From a virus (taxonomy: Duplodnaviria; Heunggongvirae; Uroviricota; Caudoviricetes), in IMG/VR virus record IMGVR_UViG_3300020201_000012, positions 64,001 to 104,223 of that record: DNA of 40,223 nucleotides. One strand, 5' to 3'. The first letter of the stretch is position 1, and every line of letters starts with the position of its first letter. The position numbers were made by a program, and so were the translations under genes. Positions 7,680 through 17,717 of the stretch are shown here, one piece after another. The notes beneath the pieces were generated by a model. That model saw only the letters and a program-made list of their open reading frames with translations. It searched no databases and was not told the DNA's origin.

Positions 7680-8002
7680 GGAGCACCTCCGTTCTCTACT
7701 TTTTCAATGTATTTTAAATCAGGTAGAACAACCATTATTTTTTCTATTAAGTCAGTGCTCTTTCTGTCTCCTGAGAATATTTCTACGTCTCTCTTCTTGT
7801 TCTTGTTCCAGTCGTATTCACTGTGTTCGGGGTCATATCCCCGTACCGACCATGTGTGCATACCGCCCCTAACGCCTACGGATGCCTTTATACACTCAAT
7901 ATCCTCAACTGGTATTATCTTTCTTCTCTCTCTATGACCATAGTCATAAGAGTCGTATGTGATATGTAGGTGGTTATCTTTCAGTGTTGCTGTGTTACTC
8001 AT
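7673..8002 (-). CDS. hypothetical protein
   Basis: ORF in a tightly coupled minus-strand array; start after GGAAAGG. Confidence 0.55.
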   Translation of the reverse strand: MSNTATLKDNHLHITYDSYDYGHRERRKIIPVEDIECIKASVGVRGGMHTWSVRGYDPEHSEYDWNKNKKRDVEIFSGDRKSTDLIEKIMVVLPDLKYIEKVENGGAPW

Positions 8003-8202
8003 TTTACCTTTCCTTTTATGCACCTTAAGGCAATATCGGCTAAACGATATGCGTGCTTGACCGCCTCATTAGTTTTATATGTTTTATCTTTACTCCATTG
8101 TTTGTCAGCCGTGTAATTGCGGTGATCTAAGTCTCCAACAGTAACATTGTGATACCCCCAATGGCTTAATATCTCACTTGCTATTATGCTCTCTATATTC
8201 AT
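7999..8202 (-). CDS. hypothetical protein
   Basis: ORF overlapping both neighbours. Confidence 0.5.
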   Translation of the reverse strand: MNIESIIASEILSHWGYHNVTVGDLDHRNYTADKQWSKDKTYKTNEAVKHAYRLADIALRCIKGKVK

Positions 8203-8444
8203 AATAACTTTACGTCTTTATAATCTCTCATCTTAATTGATATTTTATAATCTAATAACAGGTTTATAACTAACAGTAATAACATACCCCCAGCCCAATA
8301 TAGTACGATAGATTTTGCCGCCTCTTCGCCGATATGAGTGAACACGACTAATGACACGACTAATATGCCGATTGTTGACATTTTCATATTATCGGCAGTT
8401 TGTGATATTTTTTCTCTATACAAAAGTTTTTTATATTCGTCCAT
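8199..8444 (-). CDS. small two-TM membrane protein
   Basis: Two hydrophobic segments; AAGGAG RBS. Confidence 0.6.
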   Translation of the reverse strand: MDEYKKLLYREKISQTADNMKMSTIGILVVSLVVFTHIGEEAAKSIVLYWAGGMLLLLVINLLLDYKISIKMRDYKDVKLL

Positions 8445-8533
8445 TATTATCTCCTTAAATTATTTCTAAAAAACGTGCCTAAAATGTGTGGGGTCTATTT
8501 TTACCCTTTTTACCCTTTTCGCCCATATTATCG

Positions 8534-9247
8534 TTATTTTGTCAAGCGTGTTATCTTGAACGTCTTATCTATATTCCTTACTATACACTGGTACAGTTCA
8601 AGAAACTCTGCGTCTCTGCTGCCGATCGCCATACGACTACCATATGCATCTCTTTGTTTGAAAGCAATATCCGTCATAATGTTATCTCTTAATCCATCAC
8701 TCAGCACTTTTTTGGTTGGTGTCTGGGTAATAATAAACAGAAATACATTAAGACCAGCCCCTTCACGGACAATACGCTTCAGTGCAAGCATTGTAGCCTC
8801 ATCAGCCATCTCAACAAAGGACTGAAACTCATCAATCAGAATTACAATAGGCTTGTCCTTACAGCCTACTTTTATTCCGTTTTCTTTTCTGTCGTTACGC
8901 AACCTATCGTTTCTTTTTTCAACCTCACCTACCGTTCGCCGGATAAGGCTTGCCATTTCGTCTAACTCGCTACAGGTATAGGCTGTCTCTTCATAGTCTA
9001 TAAAGTCACTATCCTTAGTGCTGTAGATAGCAACATCAGCATACCGCACTAGACTGGGTAGTATTTGTCGCACCATTGTACTTTTACCACTCTGGCTCAT
9101 TCCGCTAATTAAACAGTGCTTTAACTGCTTGAGGTCTAGTATTACTTCATTACCAATTTCGGTGTAGCCTAGACTTATAGGAAAGTCTCCCTTGCCGTCG
9201 CCGTAATTATAGTTAGCCATTAAACCCTTGAAAAATGTTTTATTCAT
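8534..9247 (-). CDS. FtsK/SpoIIIE-family P-loop ATPase (ATPase domain only)
   Basis: HCLISGMSQSGKS (Walker A), ILIDEFQ (Walker B), REGAGLNVFLFIITQTP. Confidence 0.8.
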   Translation of the reverse strand: MNKTFFKGLMANYNYGDGKGDFPISLGYTEIGNEVILDLKQLKHCLISGMSQSGKSTMVRQILPSLVRYADVAIYSTKDSDFIDYEETAYTCSELDEMASLIRRTVGEVEKRNDRLRNDRKENGIKVGCKDKPIVILIDEFQSFVEMADEATMLALKRIVREGAGLNVFLFIITQTPTKKVLSDGLRDNIMTDIAFKQRDAYGSRMAIGSRDAEFLELYQCIVRNIDKTFKITRLTK

Positions 9248-9444
9248 ATCGTTACGTTTTCTGGGTTTAATATCGTGTCTACTAAGTCTAGTACACTATT
9301 AAATTCGTCTTGAACTTCTTCTATGTACCTTAAGTCTCCGTTCTCTGCCGTATAACTATGAGGTTTTGGGTAGTTTTCACTGTTCCACTGCCTTTCAACT
9401 ATCTCGCTTGTAAGTTCACATACTACGTCCATTGTTACATTCAT
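9244..9444 (-). CDS. hypothetical protein
   Basis: RBS plus ATGA coupling to the next gene. Confidence 0.55.
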   Translation of the reverse strand: MNVTMDVVCELTSEIVERQWNSENYPKPHSYTAENGDLRYIEEVQDEFNSVLDLVDTILNPENVTI

Positions 9445-9458
9445 ATTTTCTCCTTAGT

Positions 9459-9707
9459 TTATAGCCATTGTCTTACTTTATCCTGTGCTTCTGGGGATAA
9501 CTTGGCTAAAAGTTTCATTTGGTTAGGTAAATCAAACATACCAACCATAGTCCCCCAGTTATCCTTAAAGTTGGTTAGTTCGTTCAGCCTTTCGATATTC
9601 TCTGTTGCATAACCATATGTATCGTCATAAGTTCTCCAAATATCACACGCATTATCTCTTATCTCGTTGAATATTTTATCACTTGGTGCTTCGTAATAAC
9701 TATTCAT
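9459..9707 (-). CDS. hypothetical protein
   Basis: GGAG RBS, tight packing. Confidence 0.55.
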   Translation of the reverse strand: MNSYYEAPSDKIFNEIRDNACDIWRTYDDTYGYATENIERLNELTNFKDNWGTMVGMFDLPNQMKLLAKLSPEAQDKVRQWL

Positions 9708-10165
9708 TATATTACTCCTTCTAGTTTTCTGTTAAATATACCTTCGCAGTTTACTAACCCCCTAATAACTTCCGGTCCTGTTCTCTTTGGGTAGCTCGGC
9801 TGCAATCTTTCGATTAGTTGTTTATTGTTTAAGTTTTTATTTCCTTTTTTACTATTGCAGTGCTTGCACATAGTTTGTTTATTCGTCAGGAGTTCCATCG
9901 TACTTCTACCCCAAGCTGTTTTCTTGCATGTCGCTTTGGGTATTATATGATCTACGTTCATTAACACAAAATCATCTGTGTATAAATCAACATGTTTAAA
10001 ACCTCTTTTCTCTTCTGTCACCAGTAGTAAAACTCCTTCTCGATCACAAAGTACGCAATCTCTGCCCTTATGCACAAAAACTCTTAACCTTCCGTGGTTT
10101 TTGTAGGTTGTGTATAGATCACGCAAGGGAAGTATTTCTATCAGCTTTCTGCCATCTAGAATCAC
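9707..10165 (-). CDS. HNH endonuclease
   Basis: CVLC...MNVDHIIPK...NKQTMCKHCNSKKGN. Confidence 0.8.
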   Translation of the reverse strand: MILDGRKLIEILPLRDLYTTYKNHGRLRVFVHKGRDCVLCDREGVLLLVTEEKRGFKHVDLYTDDFVLMNVDHIIPKATCKKTAWGRSTMELLTNKQTMCKHCNSKKGNKNLNNKQLIERLQPSYPKRTGPEVIRGLVNCEGIFNRKLEGVI

Positions 10166-10166
10166 A

Positions 10167-10310
10167 CTAAGCTCCTTTTTCTATATCACTTAAATATTTT
10201 CCTATTTTATCAACCCAGCCTATTGTATCGCCTAAAAATAGTACTTCTCCGTTTGGCATAACAACAACTTCTAGTTTTGCTAGCGTTATATCTTTTGGGT
10301 TTTCTTTCAT
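10167..10310 (-). CDS. small hypothetical protein (47 aa, not in track)
   Basis: AGGAG RBS directly after motif copy A; MKENPKDITLAKLEVVVMPNGEVLFLG... Confidence 0.55.
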   Translation of the reverse strand: MKENPKDITLAKLEVVVMPNGEVLFLGDTIGWVDKIGKYLSDIEKGA

Positions 10311-10320
10311 GTCTTCTCCT

Positions 10321-10360
10321 TTTAGGGTCTACCCCTAGTTTTGCGTTGAAAACGCCATTT
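10321..10360 (-). repeat. 39-40 bp dispersed motif, copy A
   Basis: AAATGGCGTTTTCAACGCAAAACTAGGGGTAGACCCTAAA. Confidence 0.85.
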
Positions 10361-10545
10361 TACTGTCCGTTATTAATAGTAGGAATTATAACCGCAATCA
10401 GCTCGTCAGTATCTTTTAACTTTGGCGTTAGCTTGGATTCTTGTATCTGTTGATCTTCTCGTTCTTCTTCCGCCCTCTTACTTTGCCTTTTTAGCCATGA
10501 CCTTATTACTAAAATTGATAATGTAATACACCAAAATGCGTCCAT
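10360..10545 (-). CDS. small membrane-anchored hypothetical protein
   Basis: N-terminal hydrophobic segment. Confidence 0.5.
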   Translation of the reverse strand: MDAFWCITLSILVIRSWLKRQSKRAEEEREDQQIQESKLTPKLKDTDELIAVIIPTINNGQ

Positions 10546-11127
10546 CTATTCCTCCTCTTTATATATAGTATCGTACCAGACCTCTGGTTCTACCGCTTTC
10601 TTTCCTGCCCTCTCTGCATACTCGTCATACTTTGCCACAACTTCATCTCCGTAGATATAACCTAAAGCCCAATGAGTACTCTCTCCATTATGTTCTGCAA
10701 ACCTTTCTAGTGTTATAGATTCTTCATTAAAGTTGCCTGAGAACTCAATCTCTTCGTTCTCACCCACACTCATCTCAAACGTGCCCTCACCCATCCAGTC
10801 TGTAGCCGTGTCACTATCTGTATAGTCTATGGTTATCATGCCCTTCTTTTTTATGAAGGCTTCAATGAACTTATTATAGGCTTTCTTTTCCTTATCGCCG
10901 TTCATCCACTCGCCTTTTAAGTAGCCATCAATATTGCTACCATAGTTCCAGCGGCCACCCGCACCGAACGTAAATCCTACATCTCCATTCTTGTCTGGCA
11001 CTACTCCATCGGTTGAATCAACCAATAGGTAATATGCACCCTCCTGTACTTTATTGATGAATTGTAGAAACTCTTTGCCTACTTTTCGTACTGTTATGTC
11101 TCCATAGCCGTCACTTATATTAGCCAT
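10546..11127 (-). CDS. acidic hypothetical phage protein
   Basis: 193-aa ORF with RBS. Confidence 0.65.
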   Translation of the reverse strand: MANISDGYGDITVRKVGKEFLQFINKVQEGAYYLLVDSTDGVVPDKNGDVGFTFGAGGRWNYGSNIDGYLKGEWMNGDKEKKAYNKFIEAFIKKKGMITIDYTDSDTATDWMGEGTFEMSVGENEEIEFSGNFNEESITLERFAEHNGESTHWALGYIYGDEVVAKYDEYAERAGKKAVEPEVWYDTIYKEEE

Positions 11128-11600
11128 TATTTTCTCTCCTCATAGACAGTTTTTGCCTCTTGTATCGTTATTATATTATTCTTAACTACAATCTTACCAG
11201 CGTCATCTCTATCTTCACCGTACCACTCTACTTCTCCATTAAGAATATACCCTTTTGGTTCTAGAATTTTCTCAATTAAATACTCCAACCATTCAACATA
11301 CGCATAGAACTTTTCACCACCGTCCCATTCTAGCCCCCAACCGTCTTCTGTAGGTATCCACTGTAACCATAGTCCGGGCTGAGTTTCAGGAGGAGTGTTG
11401 TAACCTATTATGTTACTTTCTTCTCCTTGACCGTCGAGACCAGAATCGTCAACGTAAAACTCTCCCTCTACACCATACTTCTCATCTACATTACGTCCCA
11501 TTCTACGAGTGCTTGCCAACTTCTCTAAGAATGTTTTGTCATCTGTTGTTAGTTGCTTATTAAACTTTAGTATTCCGTCAAAACTTGTGCTGTAACCCAT
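11127..11600 (-). CDS. hypothetical phage protein
   Basis: 157-aa ORF with AGGAG RBS; WDGGEKFY...W motif. Confidence 0.65.
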   Translation of the reverse strand: MGYSTSFDGILKFNKQLTTDDKTFLEKLASTRRMGRNVDEKYGVEGEFYVDDSGLDGQGEESNIIGYNTPPETQPGLWLQWIPTEDGWGLEWDGGEKFYAYVEWLEYLIEKILEPKGYILNGEVEWYGEDRDDAGKIVVKNNIITIQEAKTVYEERK

Positions 11601-11842
11601 TATTATCTCCTTTAGTTAATCGTTTAGCTTAAAATACTTAGTGGATGCGTTCGTCAGGAACAGCTCCCACATTGCTTCTGAACCAGTTTTTTCTATAGAT
11701 ATTCTTCTTGCTATTCTTTCTATGGCTTTTTCTTGTATCGTATCATCTAGTGAACTCATATATTCTCCTTTTAATTATTCTATTACTGGTAGTATATCAC
11801 TAACTTTATCTGTTGTAAACATTGCCCCCGCACTGTTGCCCC

Positions 11843-12334
11843 CTAGTTATGAACGTCTACAGGGACAACCCATAGTTTCTTTTCTTCAGAATTTTCTAGT
11901 ATCATTTTCATAGACCTATCATCATTTACACGATTACCCCATAGGTCACCATCCATTGCATACACACAAGCGACGTTAGAATTTCCGGCCGCAACAGCAA
12001 ACTGGTAGCGAGAGATATAATGCCCAGACTCTTGTCGGTCTACGCTATCAAACTTTTCATTGTATATATCTTCGTTACTGTATCCATTAAGCATATATCG
12101 TATAGCTTCTAACGCCTCATCAAACTCTTTTCTATTATTTTCCATACCTTCTTCGATAAGTTTCTTACCTTTCTGAGAGTTTATGCCGTAAGCCTTACTT
12201 GTACCCCAGCGACCGTCCATGTCGAACCAGTCAATTGTTCCATTTTCTACCATCTCTTGACAGTCATTCTCGGCTCGCTGTAACGCTTCTTCACTGTTAT
12301 CGGCTTCCACTAACATTCTTACTAAATAGTGCAT
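11843..12334 (-). CDS. hypothetical phage protein
   Basis: 163-aa ORF with AGGAG RBS. Confidence 0.65.
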   Translation of the reverse strand: MHYLVRMLVEADNSEEALQRAENDCQEMVENGTIDWFDMDGRWGTSKAYGINSQKGKKLIEEGMENNRKEFDEALEAIRYMLNGYSNEDIYNEKFDSVDRQESGHYISRYQFAVAAGNSNVACVYAMDGDLWGNRVNDDRSMKMILENSEEKKLWVVPVDVHN

Positions 12335-12346
12335 TATATTATCTCC

Positions 12347-12565
12347 TTAAAAGTTTTCGTGTTCAGTTAATGTATCGCACTTTTCTACTGCTACTTGCAT
12401 TAGTTTATCCCAGTATTGGTTGATAATAGATTGTGGTAGGCTTATACTATACAAAACTTCTTCTACCGCCATTCTTGGAATGTCAACAAGGTCGGTTTCT
12501 GATTCGTCATAGTAAAGCTCTACGCTATCTTCAACTTCCTCGATTAATGATTCTATTGTATTCAC
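12347..12565 (-). CDS. acidic hypothetical protein
   Basis: GTG start after AGGAGG, directly downstream of motif copy B. Confidence 0.55.
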   Translation of the reverse strand: MNTIESLIEEVEDSVELYYDESETDLVDIPRMAVEEVLYSISLPQSIINQYWDKLMQVAVEKCDTLTEHENF

Positions 12566-12578
12566 CGTCTTCCTCCTT

Positions 12579-12618
12579 TTTGGGGTCAACCCACAGTTAA
12601 GCGTCGAAAACGCTATTT
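12579..12618 (-). repeat. 39-40 bp dispersed motif, copy B
   Basis: AAATAGCGTTTTCGACGCTTAACTGTGGGTTGACCCCAAA. Confidence 0.85.
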
Positions 12619-12826
12619 ATTCTGATTTATTTTCCTTGTACCAATCTACACTTAATCTTAAATCTTCCCACATAGCTTCGTGTGAACCGTTGTGGTTATT
12701 CTCGAATCTTGCTAAAATTTCCCTTGCTTGCTCGTCTGTTAAGGAGTTCTGTATGCTCTTAACGTCATCTATATGCCAGCTAAATGCTATGGCGTTTCCT
12801 TTGTTATACGTTTCTTTTGTGAACAT
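12617..12826 (-). CDS. hypothetical phage protein
   Basis: W.IDDV....LTDEQAREIL motif of small phage proteins. Confidence 0.6.
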   Translation of the reverse strand: MFTKETYNKGNAIAFSWHIDDVKSIQNSLTDEQAREILARFENNHNGSHEAMWEDLRLSVDWYKENKSE

Positions 12827-13200
12827 TATTTCTCCTCTACTCGTGTTACTTTATATTTCTTATTCTCTGCTTTTTCGCCATCAAACCCTAACCATGCCCC
12901 GCCCTCCCAGTTGCTGAAAGTAAATTCTCGTAGTATATACTCAAACACATCTTCAATGCTCCTGGATGGCGTGTCTGTATAGTTGTAATAGAACTTAACA
13001 GGCACGTTATACATATCGACATATTGTGCAATGTCTAATGGTGTGGTGAATTGTTCTCCTTTGCCAAAAAAGTATTTTCTATACTCTGAGCAAAAATTAG
13101 GATACTTTTCAATAAACTGGTCTGTAAAGTGATACCTTTTTTGCATTCTTCCGAACTTTAAATGTATATAGTTTGCTTTATCTCCGTAGTAGTCAATCAT
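12826..13200 (-). CDS. hypothetical protein
   Basis: RBS, coupled ORF. Confidence 0.55.
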   Translation of the reverse strand: MIDYYGDKANYIHLKFGRMQKRYHFTDQFIEKYPNFCSEYRKYFFGKGEQFTTPLDIAQYVDMYNVPVKFYYNYTDTPSRSIEDVFEYILREFTFSNWEGGAWLGFDGEKAENKKYKVTRVEEK

Positions 13201-13512
13201 CGTTCTTCTCCTCTACATTAAAGTTTTCTTCTATATGATTAGCTATTTCCCCTAAGTCAAAACACGGATCGTTTGCTTCGCTTTCTCCGAAGTTTTCTAG
13301 TATAAAGTTATAGATACTACGCTCTAAGGGGCTAACTCTCTCCTCTAGTTGATCTAATTGATCTCCTGTCATGGCGTTTTCTCTCTCTTCTGGTAACTCA
13401 CTCTCAGGAATTTACAGGAAAGCATGCTCTATGTCACAGATACTCATCATATCTATGCACTCTTCATCCAAGTCTTTTCTTAGCGTCACTATTCTACTCA
13501 AACTTAAAATAC

Positions 13513-13683
13513 TCATTCTGTCTCCTCTTCTATGGTTACTTTGGCAAAGTCATCTTGGTTTAATACTATATCCCATCTATCGTACATATTATTTGTAAGT
13601 CTTATTGCTTCATCCATTGTGTTGGCTTCTATCTCAACAACCCTGTTTAATATTTCTGTTATGCTTACTTTGAACTTACTCAT
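13513..13683 (-). CDS. DpnD/PcfM-like small protein
   Basis: FKVSITEILNRVVEIEA...EAI...Y...IVLNQDDF pattern. Confidence 0.55.
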   Translation of the reverse strand: MSKFKVSITEILNRVVEIEANTMDEAIRLTNNMYDRWDIVLNQDDFAKVTIEEETE

Positions 13684-14010
13684 TATCTTCCCCCTCATTA
13701 TCTAACTGCTCAAATGAATTATAGCCACTCACAGCGTACAGCACGTCCTCTAACGTATCTATATTGTAGCCGTTGATACTTGTTACTACCTTTAATGTTT
13801 CTTCTGATACATTGTGTTCTTCAACCAACTTATCCCATGCTGCTTCTACGCTCATATTGTCTCCTTAAAACATTCGTTTAGTTTAGTTTCAAACTTAAAT
13901 AACTCTTCCAGCCCGTCTAGAATTGAATTACTGTCACAGTTGTTCGTCTTGCGATCTTTTAGCCATTTTGCTAACAACTCTAAGTCAATTTTCATTATGC
14001 CTCCTTAAGT

Positions 14011-14049
14011 TTTGGGGTCTAGCCCCAGTTTACGTTCAAAACGCTATTT
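14011..14049 (-). repeat. 39-40 bp dispersed motif, copy C
   Basis: AAATAGCGTTTTGAACGTAAACTGGGGCTAGACCCCAAA. Confidence 0.85.
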
Positions 14050-14070
14050 TCCTAATTGTTTCCATTACTA

Positions 14071-14292
14071 TTAGTTACCTTCAAACATTCTAGGTTGGAC
14101 TCCTTCAAATTCCAAGTCTTTAGTAAACATATATCTAACAGAAACACCAGCCCAATATCCTTGCTGCTTAATTGTGTTTACTATGGTATTATAATCTTGA
14201 TCTATACTACCGGAAGATATAAACATATCATCTTCATCTGCTAATAGTTCGCAGAAATTAAGGACAAAATCTGTTTTCATTTTACTCGCCAT
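14071..14292 (-). CDS. hypothetical protein
   Basis: Coupled ORF. Confidence 0.5.
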   Translation of the reverse strand: MASKMKTDFVLNFCELLADEDDMFISSGSIDQDYNTIVNTIKQQGYWAGVSVRYMFTKDLEFEGVQPRMFEGN

Positions 14293-14482
14293 AACTAATT
14301 AACCTCCCAAATGTTTCTTCTGCTAATTTTAATTGCTTATAAGCACTTGCCAATACAGGATCTGCCTGTTCTAACCTATCCATAGAAAAATCACAGTACC
14401 GTTCCATCTCACCTTTCTCGTTATAGAAGTATTTGCAGTTCCATAAGAACTCTTCTCTTTCTTCCTCGCTCATCTTAACCAT
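14282..14482 (-). CDS. hypothetical protein
   Basis: Coupled ORF. Confidence 0.5.
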   Translation of the reverse strand: MVKMSEEEREEFLWNCKYFYNEKGEMERYCDFSMDRLEQADPVLASAYKQLKLAEETFGRLISYGE

Positions 14483-14661
14483 CCTTCCATTGGTTTGTCA
14501 AACATATCTTCTCTCGATATACCTTCGTTTCCGTCATATATCTCAGACCATTCGGAAGCGTAGCTTGCCTCTGCTTCTTCTATAGCTTCATCCAAAGAGT
14601 CGAAACTTCCGAGCTCTATTGAATAAAAACTGTCTTTTAGTATTATTTTCCAATTACTCAT
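14470..14661 (-). CDS. hypothetical protein
   Basis: GGAGG RBS; LGSFDSLDEAIEEA motif. Confidence 0.5.
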   Translation of the reverse strand: MSNWKIILKDSFYSIELGSFDSLDEAIEEAEASYASEWSEIYDGNEGISREDMFDKPMEGWLR

Positions 14662-14987
14662 AGTACCTCCACGCACTTAAATGTTGAATAGACATCAAAC
14701 GTTTTTCCCTGCGTAACAGGGCAAATTCCTACAAACGCTGCAATATCTTTAGCATCCTCATATACCATTCGCAAGTGGAATAGTATGTTCTCTCGTGCTT
14801 CTCTGTAAGCTTCTTGTTCTGCCATTCCATCTTCGCTCATATTTTCTTCTGCCTCACTATCTTCCCACATAGATAGAGCTTCTAGCTTACCGTCTACCAC
14901 AGCATAGAATCCATCATATGCCGAGTGAAACTCCCCGCTACTCATTTCATTAACGGAATATAGTTTGCCTACATTAAACTTTTTCAT
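14658..14987 (-). CDS. hypothetical protein
   Basis: Coupled ORF. Confidence 0.55.
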   Translation of the reverse strand: MKKFNVGKLYSVNEMSSGEFHSAYDGFYAVVDGKLEALSMWEDSEAEENMSEDGMAEQEAYREARENILFHLRMVYEDAKDIAAFVGICPVTQGKTFDVYSTFKCVEVL

Positions 14988-15751
14988 TTAGCCTCCAATT
15001 TAATTATTGCACTCTTCATATCCAGAACCGCTTCAAGAGCAAAGGACGGCATATTATATTCTCCGCCGTATTCAGTATCGATTGAATTTATCGCTTTGTT
15101 TATATCATTAGCAACATCCTTTTTAATGTTTTCTCTTATTTGTTCTTCAACTTTTTCGTGTGCCGCAATGATACTGTCCCAGTTGCACATCTCAAAGTCG
15201 TTAGTTAGATACCACTCTTCCATATGCCAACCCTCGGGTCCTGTTTCATCGCTTACCTTATCTAACCAGAACTCAATCAGGACTTCGTACTGGCACTCGT
15301 CTAGCGTCTCTCGGGTCCACTCTTCGTTCTGGTAGTCATTACTACAGAAACTATGGAACCCATCATATGAAGTAAACCTATCTTTTATTAGTTGTGGGTA
15401 GTCCTCGTGTGCCTCAACCTCTTTTCTAATTTTATTTATCTCTTCTCGAGGAATCAAACAGAACAACCTATCTGTTGAGAAGTTATATTCTTTAGGGGAA
15501 GTCATTTCATCAAACGTCAGGGTTAAGTCGTATTTATCTCCTAGGGCTGCAATAAATGCTTGACAATACTCCTTTCTTATTGCGTTGTGGTCAATATCTG
15601 CTTGCCATATTGCATCACTGTCAGGTTCCTTCTCACTATCTGTTTCATAGTCATAGTTAAAGCCGTTCTCTAAAGCTCTATCAATCTCTCCGTCGTGAAA
15701 TGACTCATAGAATCCTGAAAATGGTATCTGTATCTTTACTAAATCACTCAT
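14984..15751 (-). CDS. acidic hypothetical phage protein
   Basis: 255-aa ORF; IPFSGFYES and SPKEYNFSTDRLF motifs. Confidence 0.7.
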   Translation of the reverse strand: MSDLVKIQIPFSGFYESFHDGEIDRALENGFNYDYETDSEKEPDSDAIWQADIDHNAIRKEYCQAFIAALGDKYDLTLTFDEMTSPKEYNFSTDRLFCLIPREEINKIRKEVEAHEDYPQLIKDRFTSYDGFHSFCSNDYQNEEWTRETLDECQYEVLIEFWLDKVSDETGPEGWHMEEWYLTNDFEMCNWDSIIAAHEKVEEQIRENIKKDVANDINKAINSIDTEYGGEYNMPSFALEAVLDMKSAIIKLEAK

Positions 15752-15755
15752 TATC

Positions 15756-16046
15756 TTATACCCCTATCCATTTATTATGTTGCTTTTCAGTCTGCTCTAG
15801 CAATAAGTTACCTACTGTATCCCATTCTTGCAAAACTAGCATATGTGGATTACGGTGGTTGCTACTATCAAATCTTGCTTCTTCGTGTCCGAACACTGTA
15901 CCTTTCATACCTTCAGGGTAGTAATCTCGGGGTATAATCTCAATCATACCTCCAATAGTGTCTCTGAGTTGGTCATACTCAAACTTCTTTCCGCGGTGTA
16001 TCTCTTGAGTTGTGCCGTCCTGATTAAGTAGTGTATAGATGTGCAT
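15756..16046 (-). CDS. DUF3846-like protein
   Basis: YDQLRDTIGGMIEII...GHEEAR...VGNLLL pattern. Confidence 0.5.
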   Translation of the reverse strand: MHIYTLLNQDGTTQEIHRGKKFEYDQLRDTIGGMIEIIPRDYYPEGMKGTVFGHEEARFDSSNHRNPHMLVLQEWDTVGNLLLEQTEKQHNKWIGV

Positions 16047-16555
16047 TATTTCCCCTCTAGGCTTTTTAGCCATTTATTTACTAAACTTGCTAACTCAGCT
16101 TCCGCATCATCAAACTGAAAAGCTAACGAAGGCTCAATATCCCCATGAGTTATACCACGGTTTTCTAGCATCTCTCCATAAACAGTCTGTAGTTTATCTT
16201 TAAACTCTAGAATAGTCTCTTTGTCCTTGTAAGTATTCACAACTTTGTGGCTCCAACACCAAGAGCCTGAACCTATACAGTAGACGTGTTCTCCTGCTTG
16301 TTCGCTGAGGTAACCGGACCATCTATCTAACTCATCTTCTCGATTTGAGTCTTGACTGAGTACTTCCTTATAGCTGTCTGTCTTTTTGTCGTACTTTATT
16401 ACTTCCGGTATTTTACTTGCCAGTTTATCTGCATTTTCTTTATTCATTAGAACGTATGACCAACCGTTCCAGTAGTCATCTTCTCTAGCCCAACCGTCAA
16501 TAGTGACCACACCGTCCATACCTTCAATAAAAAGTTTTGCTTTCTTATATTTCAT
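16046..16555 (-). CDS. hypothetical phage protein
   Basis: 169-aa ORF with RBS; YWNGW motif. Confidence 0.6.
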   Translation of the reverse strand: MKYKKAKLFIEGMDGVVTIDGWAREDDYWNGWSYVLMNKENADKLASKIPEVIKYDKKTDSYKEVLSQDSNREDELDRWSGYLSEQAGEHVYCIGSGSWCWSHKVVNTYKDKETILEFKDKLQTVYGEMLENRGITHGDIEPSLAFQFDDAEAELASLVNKWLKSLEGK

Positions 16556-16568
16556 TACTAATTCTCCT

Positions 16569-16772
16569 TTAAATCATTTTTTCCATATAAAACTCTTCGG
16601 GTTTACCGTTAACTGTTACACCATCTCTCCAAGTAAGACCGATTGCGTAGCCGTTACTCTCACACACTATAAGGTATTGACCTATGGAATCTTTTATTAC
16701 CTTGTAGTTACTGTTATGATGATAGACTTTGTGTCTATCTTTTATCGCTTGTTTAATCTCTGTTAGGTTCAC
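16569..16772 (-). CDS. hypothetical phage protein
   Basis: GGAG RBS after motif copy D. Confidence 0.6.
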   Translation of the reverse strand: MNLTEIKQAIKDRHKVYHHNSNYKVIKDSIGQYLIVCESNGYAIGLTWRDGVTVNGKPEEFYMEKMI

Positions 16773-16802
16773 TTGTATTCTCCTTTAGATTAGTAAACTA
16801 TA

Positions 16803-16841
16803 TTTGGGGTCCAGCGGCAGTTAACGTCGAAAACGCTATTT
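16803..16841 (-). repeat. 39-40 bp dispersed motif, copy D
   Basis: AAATAGCGTTTTCGACGTTAACTGCCGCTGGACCCCAAA; contains the stop codon of the upstream gene. Confidence 0.85.
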
Positions 16842-17717
16842 ACCGTTATGGACACTACCTTCGTTCCAGTAACTCTGAACGAATCCGTAACACGCCTGAA
16901 CACCATAACCGCTGGACCTCTCGTTGTCGTTCAGGAACTCTATGTCTTTTCTTTTTATAGTTACATCTCCTGTGAGTTGTGCCTCTGTTATCCCCGCACC
17001 ATTACTTCTATCGTACATCACAAGGTTTGTTCCTTTCTTTATCACTAGGTTTTTGCTGTCGCTGGACACAACATCTATAATATCTGCTAAGTCCCCGAAA
17101 CAAAAGTGTAGAACACCGTTATATAAGGAGCACATGTTATCATATAACTCATCTACACTTACCTTAGCTTCCCTTGCTGGCATATCAGGAAACCAACCTT
17201 TAAGCACGCCAGGTCCTGATGTTCTTGAGCCGCCGCGGAGCTTATCAAGAAAATCTTTAGGATTAATACCTAAAACTTTTAAAGACTCTCTCACGTCTGA
17301 ATAGTTGACCGGTCCTGAATAAGCCCAGTCATAGAAGTTCCAGTCAGCGTTCCACATTACCCCTGATATGTTTACTGTCGTGTTGGATATAAGCTGGTTC
17401 CAGCCGTGGTCGTCTAGATAATAGGATGGGTAAAAACCGTCTTCGGCGAGCCAACCATCTATATCTTCCTGAGTTGCACCTGTCTCATCTCTACATTTCT
17501 CCCAGTAATAATCAAACTCTCCATCGTAACCACTATTACACATTGCATATTCCTCAATATCACAACGAACTTGATCTGCTTTTCCCTCTAAGATTTCATT
17601 TACCTGTTCACTGGACAACTCATCTCTATAATCTATATATATTTTCTCTGAATTATTCTCCACATAGCTACATATCTTATCTTCGATTGTCTTTACTTTG
17701 ACGTGGACTACACTCAT
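16836..17717 (-). CDS. hypothetical phage protein
   Basis: 293-aa acidic ORF. Confidence 0.7.
   Translation of the reverse strand: MSVVHVKVKTIEDKICSYVENNSEKIYIDYRDELSSEQVNEILEGKADQVRCDIEEYAMCNSGYDGEFDYYWEKCRDETGATQEDIDGWLAEDGFYPSYYLDDHGWNQLISNTTVNISGVMWNADWNFYDWAYSGPVNYSDVRESLKVLGINPKDFLDKLRGGSRTSGPGVLKGWFPDMPAREAKVSVDELYDNMCSLYNGVLHFCFGDLADIIDVVSSDSKNLVIKKGTNLVMYDRSNGAGITEAQLTGDVTIKRKDIEFLNDNERSSGYGVQACYGFVQSYWNEGSVHNGK

Noticed and set aside
8486-8500. Ninth copy of the 39-bp motif
   Set aside because: Only the TAGACCCCA block is present; the other two blocks are missing
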